A DNA stretch of 64,000 nucleotides from an uncultured Verrucomicrobiae bacterium (GTDB lineage: Bacteria > Verrucomicrobiota > Verrucomicrobiia > Chthoniobacterales > UBA10450). The notes beneath the pieces are model-generated. The model did no database searches. It was not told the DNA's origin and saw only the letters and a program-made list of their open reading frames with translations. Shown here piece after piece: positions 53,407 to 62,764 of this stretch. The stretch covers positions 768,001-832,000 of the forward strand of contig CAWDGJ010000002.1 of assembly GCA_963801815.1 (NCBI GenBank). Reading direction: 5' to 3'. The position numbers were made by a program, and so were the translations under genes. Every line of letters starts with the position of its first letter. The stretch's first letter is position 1.

Positions 53407-53854
53407 ATGGGCTCGTCTATTTTAGGATTTATTATTTGGCCCGGCAGGTCAGGCCAGCAGGTACTGGTATGCGATCTACCCTCGTCATTGGCGATTCGGT
53501 CCAGGGCAGCCAGGTAATTATATTTACGCGGTTGAATCCGCCCCCTCTAAATTATCGCCGTTGTATATCGGTCAGACAAACGACTTGAATCGACGATTGC
53601 TGGAGCGCGATTCGGGGCTCCATCTGTTCCGTGCCACCCATCTTTGCGCTCATTTCAATTACTATGACTATGGCGCATGCGGTCGGTTAGCGGAGGAGAG
53701 AGACCTAATCGAACTTTGGCGGCCTGCGTGCAACAGATCGAATCACCCGTCTGGCGCGGAATTGTTAGTTCCGAGGCCCAATCAACGCCCGATTGCATCG
53801 TCCTGGGTTATGATTTCAAATGACTGCAGCACGAGCGCTAGCGCCTCGTTCTAG
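53407..53854 (+). pseudogene. Small GIY-YIG nuclease-like protein with +1 frameshift at about 53461
   Basis: Repaired read: WPGRSGQQYWY...PGNYIY...LYIGQTNDLNRR...EERDLI...PACN. Confidence 0.65.
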
Positions 53855-54035
53855 GATTTTTCTGAATCGGGTGAATGCGCGTCGACGCTAATACACATCT
53901 GGTGCGCGAACGCGGCGAGCGGACTAAGAATCGCCGAAAGCTCCAATCCGGCGTCACGGACGGCACTGGGCGAGAAACCACAATTTTTAGCCAAGATTTG
54001 AACAGACGAACTTTAGGAAGGTCTTATGCATTCAC

Positions 54036-54269
54036 ATGAGCGGAGCTCAAAGGCGCGTTAAGAACCTCCCCATCCCGACTTTCGTCAGCACTGAGCAGGC
54101 GATGGAATGGGGATCGCAGCTAAATGCGGAGGAACATGCCACGCTCGTTGACAGGCAGCGTGCGTTGAGCAACACCGCGTTTGCCGAGTGCAACCTGCAA
54201 CGCAAGGTCAATCTCGTCACCCAAGCGCAGTTAATGCGCGAGGCAGCCGAAGCGTTTGCGCCAGCCTGA
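54036..54269 (+). CDS. Hypothetical small helical protein
   Basis: ATG ORF of 77 aa with protein-like composition only. Confidence 0.45.
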   Translation: MSGAQRRVKNLPIPTFVSTEQAMEWGSQLNAEEHATLVDRQRALSNTAFAECNLQRKVNLVTQAQLMREAAEAFAPA

Positions 54270-54543
54270 ACCGACGACCCGTTTTTCTCAACGAGAAAGA
54301 GATCAGCGACGCTTACCGGGGCCAGCGTGGCTCGAAGTGTGAATGTTTTAGTCTTCTGAAATGCGAACATGCGCCGCGTTCCGTTGCCACCGAACGCCTA
54401 ACCAGGATAACTGTCTTTTCAATGGGGCCTGCGGCGATCACCACGACCGAAAGGAGGAAACCGATTCGCATGTTCATAGAAACTGTCCACGAGCAATAGC
54501 AACTCATGTCCTCTGCGTCCTGCGACTATGGAGCGATCACGCC

Positions 54544-55320
54544 TTATTTGTTTCGTCTTAAACCCTCAGCGGCCTTTACACTTTTTTTGCGACCGTTGAT
54601 GACGAACGTATTGTTTTCTCCCAAAGTTGACCACGGCCCGCGCAGCACTTCACTAAAGTCCACAAACCGCCAGTCGGTGACGTCGGTCTCTTTTAAGCCG
54701 AGGTAGTCTCGCACAGCAGGGGAGACATCAAGGCCTGCACCCCCATTTAGATTGGGTTTTGGACGTTCATTGCCAAACACGTATTGCCAATGGTCTGTTC
54801 GGAATGGTCCTGCGTCTTCCCATTGTGCATAAGCGATTCGATTGCCTTTGCGGATCGCAACCCATCGATCTTTACAAGTGGAAACAGCTGGGCCCTGATA
54901 CGCTTCTTTAAACCATGGAACAACGCGAGGTGCTTCCGGTCGGTGGCCAGTATGTGCTTTATCGTTGTAGGGAAGTGCGCAGTAAAATGGGTTCTGCCGC
55001 GGTGTAAATCTTACCGGGATATAATTACTCCGATGGGCGGGATTGGGGTCATCAAAACCGCCGTAGCTTTTTGTCCACTGTTTGTCCCAGGCGCTTGTCC
55101 GATTCGGCACGAGATTGTGTCCACCGGGCTGTTCGCCAATCCAAAAAACTGTTGTTACGATACTTGCTTTCCACGCGAAGCCTGAAGACTGAGAGACGAA
55201 CGATTTTCCGATGAGGGGCTTTTCTTTTTTTGTGACCACTTCGATTTGAGCAGCGAAGGACGAATCAAATGCAATGAAGAGCGCGAAACAAGAAAGGCCA
55301 AGTGAACGGCGTTTCCCCAT
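54544..55320 (-). CDS. Conserved-looking secreted hypothetical protein (possible DPBB/glycan-acting fold)
   Basis: Signal peptide; TVFWIGE, NPFYCALPYND, WEDAGPF, GLDVSPAVRDYL. Confidence 0.7.
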   Translation of the reverse strand: MGKRRSLGLSCFALFIAFDSSFAAQIEVVTKKEKPLIGKSFVSQSSGFAWKASIVTTVFWIGEQPGGHNLVPNRTSAWDKQWTKSYGGFDDPNPAHRSNYIPVRFTPRQNPFYCALPYNDKAHTGHRPEAPRVVPWFKEAYQGPAVSTCKDRWVAIRKGNRIAYAQWEDAGPFRTDHWQYVFGNERPKPNLNGGAGLDVSPAVRDYLGLKETDVTDWRFVDFSEVLRGPWSTLGENNTFVINGRKKSVKAAEGLRRNK

Positions 55321-55473
55321 AATTTTTCCAATCGCCTCCCGTTCAAACGCTGCGTGAAGCCGCGAAGATATGCTTCGCGTTTCGCAGCCTACACTATCAC
55401 GTGGACACGAGATTTGAAGACCGATTTTTTCCGGATACACTGAGCACCAAGTGCAATCGGTACCATCGTAGAT

Positions 55474-55546
55474 GCCGGCATAGCTCAGTTGGTAGAGCAG
55501 CTGATTTGTAATCAGCAGGTCGTCGGTTCGAATCCGTCTGCCGGCT
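55474..55546 (+). tRNA. tRNA-Thr(TGT)
   Basis: Cloverleaf: GCCGGCA/TGCCGGC acceptor, GCTC/GAGC D-stem, GCTGA-TTTGTAA-TCAGC, GGTTCGAATCC; one T:T mismatch in the T-stem; CCA not encoded. Confidence 0.93.
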
Positions 55547-55683
55547 CCCTTGTAAGGCAGGTCGCTGCAGTCATTGACCAAACAACACATCAATGACCTC
55601 CGACCTGATTCGTGCACAGCCACGAAAATGATCCATTCGGCAACAAGCTGGGTTCGTGCAGACGACTATGTCGAGCGGCGTTT

Positions 55684-56289
55684 TCACCAAAGGCCGGGCA
55701 AAGCGCGGTAACGAACTCGGGTGATGTAGGCTGGCCAGTCAGGGTGTCGAGAAATTACTCGCTCCTCGGCGTAGATGCGGTAAACCAGCGACGCCCAACC
55801 GATCAAAACCAGAAGCAGTGTAACCGAACTCCATTCTTGGAGATTGTATCCAATGTCCGCTACGAGGTACGAGAGATACATCGGGTGGCGGACGAATCTA
55901 TAAGGCCCTCTCGTGATTAAACCTCTCAAAGCCGGACGGACCCCAAACAGTTTCCCGAGCTTGAGAAGGCTAACGAGACTAAGGAAAGCCGCGATCGTTA
56001 CCAAGACCAACCCGGCGGCCGGCCACGCCACATTCCCGGGCGACCAGCGTAGCCAGATGACTTGGGCATAGGGATAAACATAAGCAACCCCGACCGCGAC
56101 ACTGGAGACGATCGAGTAATCCCATACCCGCGGCGGGGGCCGCGTGACCGCGATTGCCAGAACGATGAAATGTTGCAGAACATAAATCCAGTCTGTGATC
56201 GTGAACGTGGGCGTGAGTAAAAAGAGGATGACCAACTCCGTTAACGTGACGCAAAACAGGAGAAGATCTGCAAGACGTCGCCCAAACAT
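55684..56289 (-). CDS. Isoprenylcysteine carboxyl methyltransferase/PEMT-family membrane protein
   Basis: GLITRGPYRFVRHPMY, EER, Y...V.YR..PG.W. Confidence 0.85.
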   Translation of the reverse strand: MFGRRLADLLLFCVTLTELVILFLLTPTFTITDWIYVLQHFIVLAIAVTRPPPRVWDYSIVSSVAVGVAYVYPYAQVIWLRWSPGNVAWPAAGLVLVTIAAFLSLVSLLKLGKLFGVRPALRGLITRGPYRFVRHPMYLSYLVADIGYNLQEWSSVTLLLVLIGWASLVYRIYAEERVISRHPDWPAYITRVRYRALPGLW

Positions 56290-56432
56290 TTTAAAAGCGC
56301 ATCGAACTACTTAAGTTGGAGATTACTGAGTCGCTAGGCAGCCTTGATAAATCCCGAAAAAAGCTGGGTAAGCCTGCGTAATCTGCGGTCAAACAAAATT
56401 GTTCGTCGACCTGTGGAGAGGCGACGATCAGC

Positions 56433-56840
56433 TCACCACCGCATTCCTCGATAACCCCAGGCGCCGTACCACCGGTTGCTCCAATACGGATCCATTGAGT
56501 AGGCCATGTAGTAATCCTGCGCGATCCGCTGTTGGATACAGAGGTTCTTGTAACGCTGATACTCCGCTTCGTGACCAACATACGCGATTTCCGCTTTCTC
56601 ATCCTTAAAGGCGTAAATGGTTTTGCCCTTCATGCTGATACGCTGAACGTGATTCGCCTCCATCTTCGCATAAACTTCCTTTTGGAGCGGAGTTGTCGGG
56701 GTCACCGTGTGGAAGCCAGCCGCCGATAACAACGATTTCGTGTTGGTCGCTTCCATTTCAGCGCAGCCGGTGAGAAAGGAAATAGCGCCAGCTGTGGCAA
56801 TGAAGGTTGCGATGCCGAGTATAGTTCTCTTTAGATTCAT
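56433..56840 (-). CDS. Hypothetical lipoprotein
   Basis: Signal peptide ending in LTGC lipobox; LLSAAGF. Confidence 0.75.
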   Translation of the reverse strand: MNLKRTILGIATFIATAGAISFLTGCAEMEATNTKSLLSAAGFHTVTPTTPLQKEVYAKMEANHVQRISMKGKTIYAFKDEKAEIAYVGHEAEYQRYKNLCIQQRIAQDYYMAYSMDPYWSNRWYGAWGYRGMRW

Positions 56841-56889
56841 AGGTGTTACCTCCGAGGGAATTCTCGACCGGCGAACGCACGGTGAGCCA

Positions 56890-56905
56890 TAAGACCTAAG
56901 TCTCA
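56890..56905. promoter_or_regulatory. 16-bp palindromic motif, copy 1
   Basis: TAAGACCTAAGTCTCA between divergent genes. Confidence 0.45.
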
Positions 56906-56951
56906 TCGATTTCGAACAGCGCTCGTAGGTTAATAGCAGGCGCGAGACGAT

Positions 56952-57584
56952 ATGGAAGCCATACCGCAAAGCGGACCCAAGAAAAAATGGATCGAGCCGG
57001 TCACGGCATTAATCATGGCGCTGGCAACGGTCGGCACGGCATGGTGCTCGTACGAATCAGCAGCGTGGACACGCCACAGCAATCGCGCCATGAATCAATT
57101 CAACGTGTTGGAGCGAAAAGCCGGTCTCTTGAACATCCAGGGGCTGCAAGCAGCCACCATTCATGCTGCAATGTTTATGCAGGTGCTGGCCGCGCGACAG
57201 GCCGGCAACAATCAATTGGCCGATTTCTATGTACAACGCTTTCCGCCGGACGTGCGAAAAGCCTACGACGCCTGGATCGCGCAGAAGCCTTTCGAGAATC
57301 CGAATGCAGATCCGCATCCATTCGTTCCGAATCTTTATGAAATGCGCGGCTCACGTGAAGCTGCGGAAGCTACGGCGAACGCTGCAACGCAAATTGAGGA
57401 CGCGCGCCGTGCCGGCAGTCTCTCCGGCCAGTACTTGGCTAGCACGGTCTTATTTGCAGCGGTGCTGTTTTTTGCCAACGCCGCCAGTAGGTTCGAAGAA
57501 CCTTGGGTGCGCAAAACGTCGTTCCTTTTTGCCGTCGCGATGTTTCTCTTTGCGGTCGCGCGCATCGCCGTCTTGCCGCGCTGA
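56952..57584 (+). CDS. Hypothetical membrane protein (DUF4337-like)
   Basis: ALATVGTAWCSY..A.W N-terminal TM helix; two C-terminal TM helices. Confidence 0.7.
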   Translation: MEAIPQSGPKKKWIEPVTALIMALATVGTAWCSYESAAWTRHSNRAMNQFNVLERKAGLLNIQGLQAATIHAAMFMQVLAARQAGNNQLADFYVQRFPPDVRKAYDAWIAQKPFENPNADPHPFVPNLYEMRGSREAAEATANAATQIEDARRAGSLSGQYLASTVLFAAVLFFANAASRFEEPWVRKTSFLFAVAMFLFAVARIAVLPR

Positions 57585-57606
57585 CAAAACGAGCACCCAA
57601 CGCGGT

Positions 57607-58722
57607 TTAGTGACCGGTTGGTAATTCCGTGGACGAATTCGGCGACGGCGGCAACAAATAAAGTGTGGTCGCGAACATCACGTAAACCATCATGACTAGA
57701 ACTCCGACGAACCAGGTGGACCGACCGGAACTCGTCACCAGCGCCGCGGTAAGAGTTGCGAAAAACACCATCACCACCGCGCCAGGCCAGAAATCCAGAT
57801 TCATGGGCGCTGGCCCAACAAAAAAACTCAAGAGAACAAGAACTGGAGCCACGAAGAGGGCTATTTGCGACGCGCTGCCGAGCGCGATGCTAACGCTAAG
57901 ATCGAGATGATTCTTGCTCGCCGCCGAAAACGCGGCCGCCATTTCGGCAGCGGCACCGACCAGCGCAACGACGACGAAACCGACGAATGCCGGGGTCATT
58001 CCGAATGCAACCGCCGCCTGTTGGACCGAACCGACAAAAACTTCGCTCACCAACGCGACGAGAATCGTGACACCGGCAAGCGTAATCAGCGCAAGATTCA
58101 TCGGCCAGACCGCTTCGTGTTCCTCTGATGTGCCGGCGAAGAGTTCCCGGTGCGTTTTCAGCGAAAAGAAAAGACCGAGAACGTACGCGATCAAAAGCAG
58201 GATCGACAATGCGATACTGAGATCCTGTACAAACCGCGGCGGTCGCGACGATCCATTGGCTCCGAGCGCCGAAGGAATCAAAAGCGCGACCGTTGCCAGA
58301 AAGAGAAGGCCGGCCTGAAACCGCGCCCCGACACGGTTGTATTCCTGAACGTGATGACGCAAACCACCCAGCAGAAAAGAGGCGCCGAGCATAAACAAAG
58401 CATTCGTGACGATTGCGCCGGCAATAGATGCTTTGACCAGCATGTATTGACCGGACTGAAGAGCGACAATCGCAATCACGAGTTCGGTTAAGTTTCCCAG
58501 TGTCGCATTCAGTAAGCCGCCGACTGAGTCGCCTGTTTTAGCGGCCACCGATTCGGTAGCGTGACTCAAGAGCAGAGCGAGCGGCAGAATCGCCAGGACG
58601 GAGAAAACGAACAAAAGAGTGTGCGATTCGGGTTTCAGCTTTTCCGTAACCAACACGACCGGGACAAAAATCAGCAGCCAAAGCAGCGGGTTGCGTCGGA
58701 TTTCATGGAGGAGCGGTCTCAT
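57607..58722 (-). CDS. Ca2+/H+ antiporter (CAX/ChaA family)
   Basis: GGLLNATLGNLTE, LGSASQIALFVAP. Confidence 0.92.
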   Translation of the reverse strand: MRPLLHEIRRNPLLWLLIFVPVVLVTEKLKPESHTLLFVFSVLAILPLALLLSHATESVAAKTGDSVGGLLNATLGNLTELVIAIVALQSGQYMLVKASIAGAIVTNALFMLGASFLLGGLRHHVQEYNRVGARFQAGLLFLATVALLIPSALGANGSSRPPRFVQDLSIALSILLLIAYVLGLFFSLKTHRELFAGTSEEHEAVWPMNLALITLAGVTILVALVSEVFVGSVQQAAVAFGMTPAFVGFVVVALVGAAAEMAAAFSAASKNHLDLSVSIALGSASQIALFVAPVLVLLSFFVGPAPMNLDFWPGAVVMVFFATLTAALVTSSGRSTWFVGVLVMMVYVMFATTLYLLPPSPNSSTELPTGH

Positions 58723-58759
58723 CGAATTGTCATTTTCCGCAGAACGCGGCCGGTGAGAA

Positions 58760-58775
58760 TAAGACCAAGGTCCGA
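58760..58775. promoter_or_regulatory. 16-bp palindromic motif, copy 2
   Basis: TAAGACCAAGGTCCGA between divergent genes. Confidence 0.45.
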
Positions 58776-58819
58776 TGGCTGGCTCGCCGCGGCCCCGCTT
58801 AAATCAAAGCTGGAGTTGT

Positions 58820-59152
58820 ATGCCATTCGAAAAATTTGACCTCGAGAACCTCAACAAGGAGCGGCGCAAAGCGCTGGGCAAGACAATTCGAACAGTCACC
58901 ACCGAAGAGTTGAAGAAGATGGGCGACGAGATTTTTCGTTACGCCGACGATCCCTGGCGAGAGACGTTCTTCAACTTCATCGCCGAAAATCCCGGCTCGA
59001 CATTTCACCACGCTGTTACCAGCGACGGTTACAACATTGTTTATTGCCGCGACAAAGACAAAGGGATGTGGTTCCTGCCCGGAAGCGGCATGGGCCCGCT
59101 CCAGGAACGCGGACGAAAAGCGATGAAAGAAATGATCGAGGGCGGGCGCTGA
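58820..59152 (+). CDS. Hypothetical protein
   Basis: GGAG RBS, ATG ORF with typical codon usage. Confidence 0.7.
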   Translation: MPFEKFDLENLNKERRKALGKTIRTVTTEELKKMGDEIFRYADDPWRETFFNFIAENPGSTFHHAVTSDGYNIVYCRDKDKGMWFLPGSGMGPLQERGRKAMKEMIEGGR

Positions 59153-59184
59153 CCCGACATGCCGGTCGGCATTCCTAAGCGACC

Positions 59185-59919
59185 ATGAGCAAATCAACCA
59201 AGGCTTTTGGACAATCGGACGTCGTTCGGCTGAGCGACGAAGACGCGACGGTGGCATTGCTCGAGCGCTCAGTTACCGGCCTCTGGGAGGTAGTGAACGC
59301 ACTGACGCGGCTTCGCCGTACGACCAGACAAAATTATCGCGTCACAATATTCGGCTCTGCGCGACTCCAACCCGCTTCGGTCGCCTATGAAGGCGTGAAG
59401 AAACTTGCGGCGGAGCTGACCAAAATGGGGTGCGACATTATCAGCGGCGGCGGTCCGGGGATCATGCAGGCCGCAAACGAAGGCGCATTTTCGGTTGACC
59501 CGAAGGCGTTGCATCGCTCGGTAGGGATTCGAGTGGAGCTTCCGTTTGAACAGCAGATCAATCCCTTTGTCGGGCTCGCTTACGAACACCGCACTTTCTT
59601 TTCGCGTCTCCATCATTTCATGATCGCTTCAGACGCGTTCGTGGTCGTGCCCGGTGGAATTGGGACTCTCTTGGAGCTGTCCCTTGCGTGGCAGTTGCTT
59701 CAGGTGCGCAAACTTTACAACACGCCCCTGATTTTGGTCGGAAAAATGTGGGCCGACCTGGTCGAATGGGGCCGAAAAAACATGCTCAGAAAAGGAAGCG
59801 AGCTCGCCACCGAAATCGACTTCACGATTCCGCATTGCGTAAACACAATCGATGAGACTCTGAAGCTGATTCGATCCAATCGAAAAGCGTGGCTGGCCGC
59901 GCAGAAAAAGAAACGCTAA
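59185..59919 (+). CDS. LOG-family (TIGR00730-like) nucleotide-binding protein
   Basis: VTIFGSAR, GGGPGIMQAAN, PGGIGTLLE. Confidence 0.92.
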   Translation: MSKSTKAFGQSDVVRLSDEDATVALLERSVTGLWEVVNALTRLRRTTRQNYRVTIFGSARLQPASVAYEGVKKLAAELTKMGCDIISGGGPGIMQAANEGAFSVDPKALHRSVGIRVELPFEQQINPFVGLAYEHRTFFSRLHHFMIASDAFVVVPGGIGTLLELSLAWQLLQVRKLYNTPLILVGKMWADLVEWGRKNMLRKGSELATEIDFTIPHCVNTIDETLKLIRSNRKAWLAAQKKKR

Positions 59920-59942
59920 AGCGCCAAATCGTTGCTCCAAAT

Positions 59943-60350
59943 TTACGGCGCGTGCAATGCTTCGAGTGAAACTTTTAGCCATTCAGCCGCGGCTTCCTTT
60001 TGCTTGAAGAGTCGAACTTGCAAAGGCGAATGGTCCGTCAATAGCGCGTGTAATTTGAAATAATGCTCGAACGCCGGGTCTTCGACATAAAACGCTGACT
60101 TAATCGATGCCCGGCCGACGCGCGACATGCGACGATAGAGCGCAACATGAAAAACGTAGCGAAAATTAAGTTCGACCGAAGTTAGTTCACTGGTGTCGAC
60201 AAAACGACGCTCGTTCGCGTTCGACTTTGCTTCTTCGTCTCTGATAAAAGCGATAATTTGGTTTACCACCTTTTCGTTCAGGACGCCCCGCGGTTTCCAG
60301 AGAAGAAGGCGGAACTCGGGACGAAAATGGACGTCCGCTGGAACCTTCAT
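59943..60350 (-). CDS. Hypothetical protein (STAS/SpoIIAA-like pattern)
   Basis: W.P.G.L...RFVD.S...SAF...VRLF...EAA.EWL. Confidence 0.6.
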   Translation of the reverse strand: MKVPADVHFRPEFRLLLWKPRGVLNEKVVNQIIAFIRDEEAKSNANERRFVDTSELTSVELNFRYVFHVALYRRMSRVGRASIKSAFYVEDPAFEHYFKLHALLTDHSPLQVRLFKQKEAAAEWLKVSLEALHAP

Positions 60351-60367
60351 CGCAAAGTTTTGATTCT

Positions 60368-61978
60368 CTAAAGACTCTTGAGGTGCAATTCCAAAATCCG
60401 ATCGAGCTCGGCAATCGTTTCCGGAAGACCGGTCGATCCGTGCGGTCCGGGAACAATTTTTTCTGATTTCGCTCCGTCGAGATGCGAGCTCCAGTAGGCG
60501 ACAACGCCGTCGGTGCTGTTTGGTGAATCACCCTTACCGCGATCGCCGATGATCGAGTGATACGGGACTGTGATTGGCGCGTCGTTGATTACTGGCAAGG
60601 CAGGATTCGTCGGCTTCAACCCGAAGATACTAGTTGGGAGGCGTTTGGAGCTTCCGGTCAACTCGGCAACTTCGGTACTGGTCAGCGAGTCCCTCATTGT
60701 TGTGGCGAGCGTAACCGGAAGGGTAATCAAACTGATGCCGAACTTGCCCACTCCGCTGGTGGCCATATCGCTTCCGCGGTGCGGAGTACAGACAAAAACG
60801 ACCCTTTTAATCCTCGGATTGGCTCTGAAAGTTGTCGCGCGAACAATCAGACTATTGCTGGATTTATCATGGACGATCTCTCTGCCCAATTGCCCCATTC
60901 TCTTTTCCCACATCTGGGCGGAAACGTTGATCACCTGATCGTGAGTGAGCATTCCTCCCATGCTATGGCCGACCACCACGTACGGTTTGTGATTAGGATA
61001 GCGTTGGTCGACCTTGGCCAACTCTTCCCGCAATCGGAGGGCGGAATAGAGAATGGGATTACCGGTTGGATAAGCGAAGACCCAGAATTGATAATGCTTT
61101 CGAATCTCAGGGTCGGCCTGGAGTCCGTTGATCGTCTCGACCCAGGTAAACGGGGTCGAGAAAAGGCCGTGCACAAAAAGGACTGGAATCCGATCCGGAT
61201 CGTAAGGCTGCATAAAATACAAGCCGGTCTTGTCCATATAATGGGCCGAGCGAAATCCTCCCATCAACCCGACCAACAACAGATTTGCGGGCGGCTGGTA
61301 GTAGCTGATGGGCGCAGAGAAATCGGCAGATAGCGGACGGGTTTTTCCTTCCACCACAGCGGTGGGCTGCTTTGCTGGGCGGCGCAATGCCAGTGTTGCT
61401 TCGGTTCCCTTAAAGTCGAGCGTCGCCGTGACTGGTGCGCTGATCCCTCTGAAAGGCGCGAACTGCTCCCGAGGCGCGACTTGTCGCACGCCAACGAGCG
61501 AGCCGCCTACGCCGATCTGATGATTCTCTTTCCTAATTAACTTTTCTTTGATCTGAGCTGACGGAATGAAGGAGGTAAAATAATCGGGCGACCAGACGGC
61601 AGGGGCGGCAGGTTGCAACCGCAGGTGATAAATTGTGTTGTTCGCCGTGAGCGTTAGCGGATGATTCCAGACACGTCCTCCCGATGTCGAACGCAACAGA
61701 ATTGTTAACTCGGCGGCGGCGGAGTTGTAGGTGTTAAGAGCCAATGTCTGCGTTCCAGAACCTAAGTCCGGCGCGGTGAGCGCCGCGGCTTGCAAGTAAT
61801 CTGCCGCGCGAACTTCGAGCGAGAGCTGCGTCGATCGCGCGTCGCGTAAACTTTTGGCGGCAGCCACCACATTCGGCGAGCCGGCCGGCTGGGTCGCGCA
61901 TCCGGCGAAAAAAATGGCGCTCGTGAGGGCCGCGATTAGCTGCAAGCGCTCCGGTATATTTATTGAACCAGTATTCAT
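60368..61978 (-). CDS. Alpha/beta hydrolase lipoprotein
   Basis: FAGC lipobox; FVHGL, GHSMGG, TPHRGS, DGVV, C-terminal His. Confidence 0.88.
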   Translation of the reverse strand: MNTGSINIPERLQLIAALTSAIFFAGCATQPAGSPNVVAAAKSLRDARSTQLSLEVRAADYLQAAALTAPDLGSGTQTLALNTYNSAAAELTILLRSTSGGRVWNHPLTLTANNTIYHLRLQPAAPAVWSPDYFTSFIPSAQIKEKLIRKENHQIGVGGSLVGVRQVAPREQFAPFRGISAPVTATLDFKGTEATLALRRPAKQPTAVVEGKTRPLSADFSAPISYYQPPANLLLVGLMGGFRSAHYMDKTGLYFMQPYDPDRIPVLFVHGLFSTPFTWVETINGLQADPEIRKHYQFWVFAYPTGNPILYSALRLREELAKVDQRYPNHKPYVVVGHSMGGMLTHDQVINVSAQMWEKRMGQLGREIVHDKSSNSLIVRATTFRANPRIKRVVFVCTPHRGSDMATSGVGKFGISLITLPVTLATTMRDSLTSTEVAELTGSSKRLPTSIFGLKPTNPALPVINDAPITVPYHSIIGDRGKGDSPNSTDGVVAYWSSHLDGAKSEKIVPGPHGSTGLPETIAELDRILELHLKSL

Positions 61979-62646
61979 GACGATTTTCGTGTCGCTTGAA
62001 GAGCAACCAGGCGGGCGATTAAAGTCGCGACGTAAAGGAGACCTGTCATCGCCTCCATCGCAGCGAGCATGCGCGCCACCTTTGCAACTGGCGTGATGTC
62101 GCCATATCCAACGGTGCTCATAGTGATGAAGCTGAAATAAAAACCATTGAAGCCTTCCAGCGATTTGTCGGCTCCGTTAAAAGCGAACGCATTCGGAATC
62201 AGCTCGGCCACGAGCCAATAGGCCAGAGTCCAGAGCAAGCCGAGGAGCAGGTAAGCGGAAATACTTGCGCACAAGACCTCCGCGTCGACCTCCGACGCAG
62301 TCAGAACAAATCGCAACAGATGGATGATAACGAAAAGCACGACCAGGATTCCGCAAACAAGAAACAGTTCCGGCGGCATCAGATCGGGGCGGAAATGATG
62401 GGTCCATCGGCCGGCCAATGCGGCAAAGGCCAGCACCGCGGCAATGACAACAGTTCGTCGCCGATCGGCGATCGCCAATACACCCGAGACAAGAACAACC
62501 GTAAAGAAGATCGATTCAATGAGAGGACCTGAGGAAAGCGGCTCGAAGAACGGCATGGAAACAAAAAATGCCGCAATTACGATCAAAAGTTCGATCGTAC
62601 TGAATCGCCGGAGCGACCGGCTGCCCGATTCAATGTGTGTTGTCAT
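61975..62646 (-). CDS. Potassium channel family protein (Ion_trans_2)
   Basis: FSFITMSTVGYGDI selectivity filter. Confidence 0.9.
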   Translation of the reverse strand: MTTHIESGSRSLRRFSTIELLIVIAAFFVSMPFFEPLSSGPLIESIFFTVVLVSGVLAIADRRRTVVIAAVLAFAALAGRWTHHFRPDLMPPELFLVCGILVVLFVIIHLLRFVLTASEVDAEVLCASISAYLLLGLLWTLAYWLVAELIPNAFAFNGADKSLEGFNGFYFSFITMSTVGYGDITPVAKVARMLAAMEAMTGLLYVATLIARLVALQATRKSS

Positions 62647-62734
62647 AGCCGTTATCATCGAGAATAATGTGTCAACTCGGAAGAGTCGATTCGTTCACTT
62701 AACAAATGTTGCGAAACCAATTGTCGGTCCGGTA

Positions 62735-62764
62735 TGGGACGAAAGTCCTATGATTTAGGTCCGA
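62735..62764. promoter_or_regulatory. Tandem 16-bp palindromic motifs, copies 3 and 4
   Basis: TGGGACGAAAGTCCTA and TATGATTTAGGTCCGA upstream of the channel gene. Confidence 0.45.

Larger units (their letters stand above)
52127..55512. mobile_element. About 3.3-kb integrase-less island bounded by 39-nt tRNA-Thr direct repeats
   Basis: Direct repeats at both ends, low coding density, accessory cargo. Confidence 0.7.

Noticed and set aside
55321..55623. N-terminal extension of ORF 54544..55623
   Set aside because: It overlaps the tRNA antisense; a signal-peptide start at 55320 is more plausible
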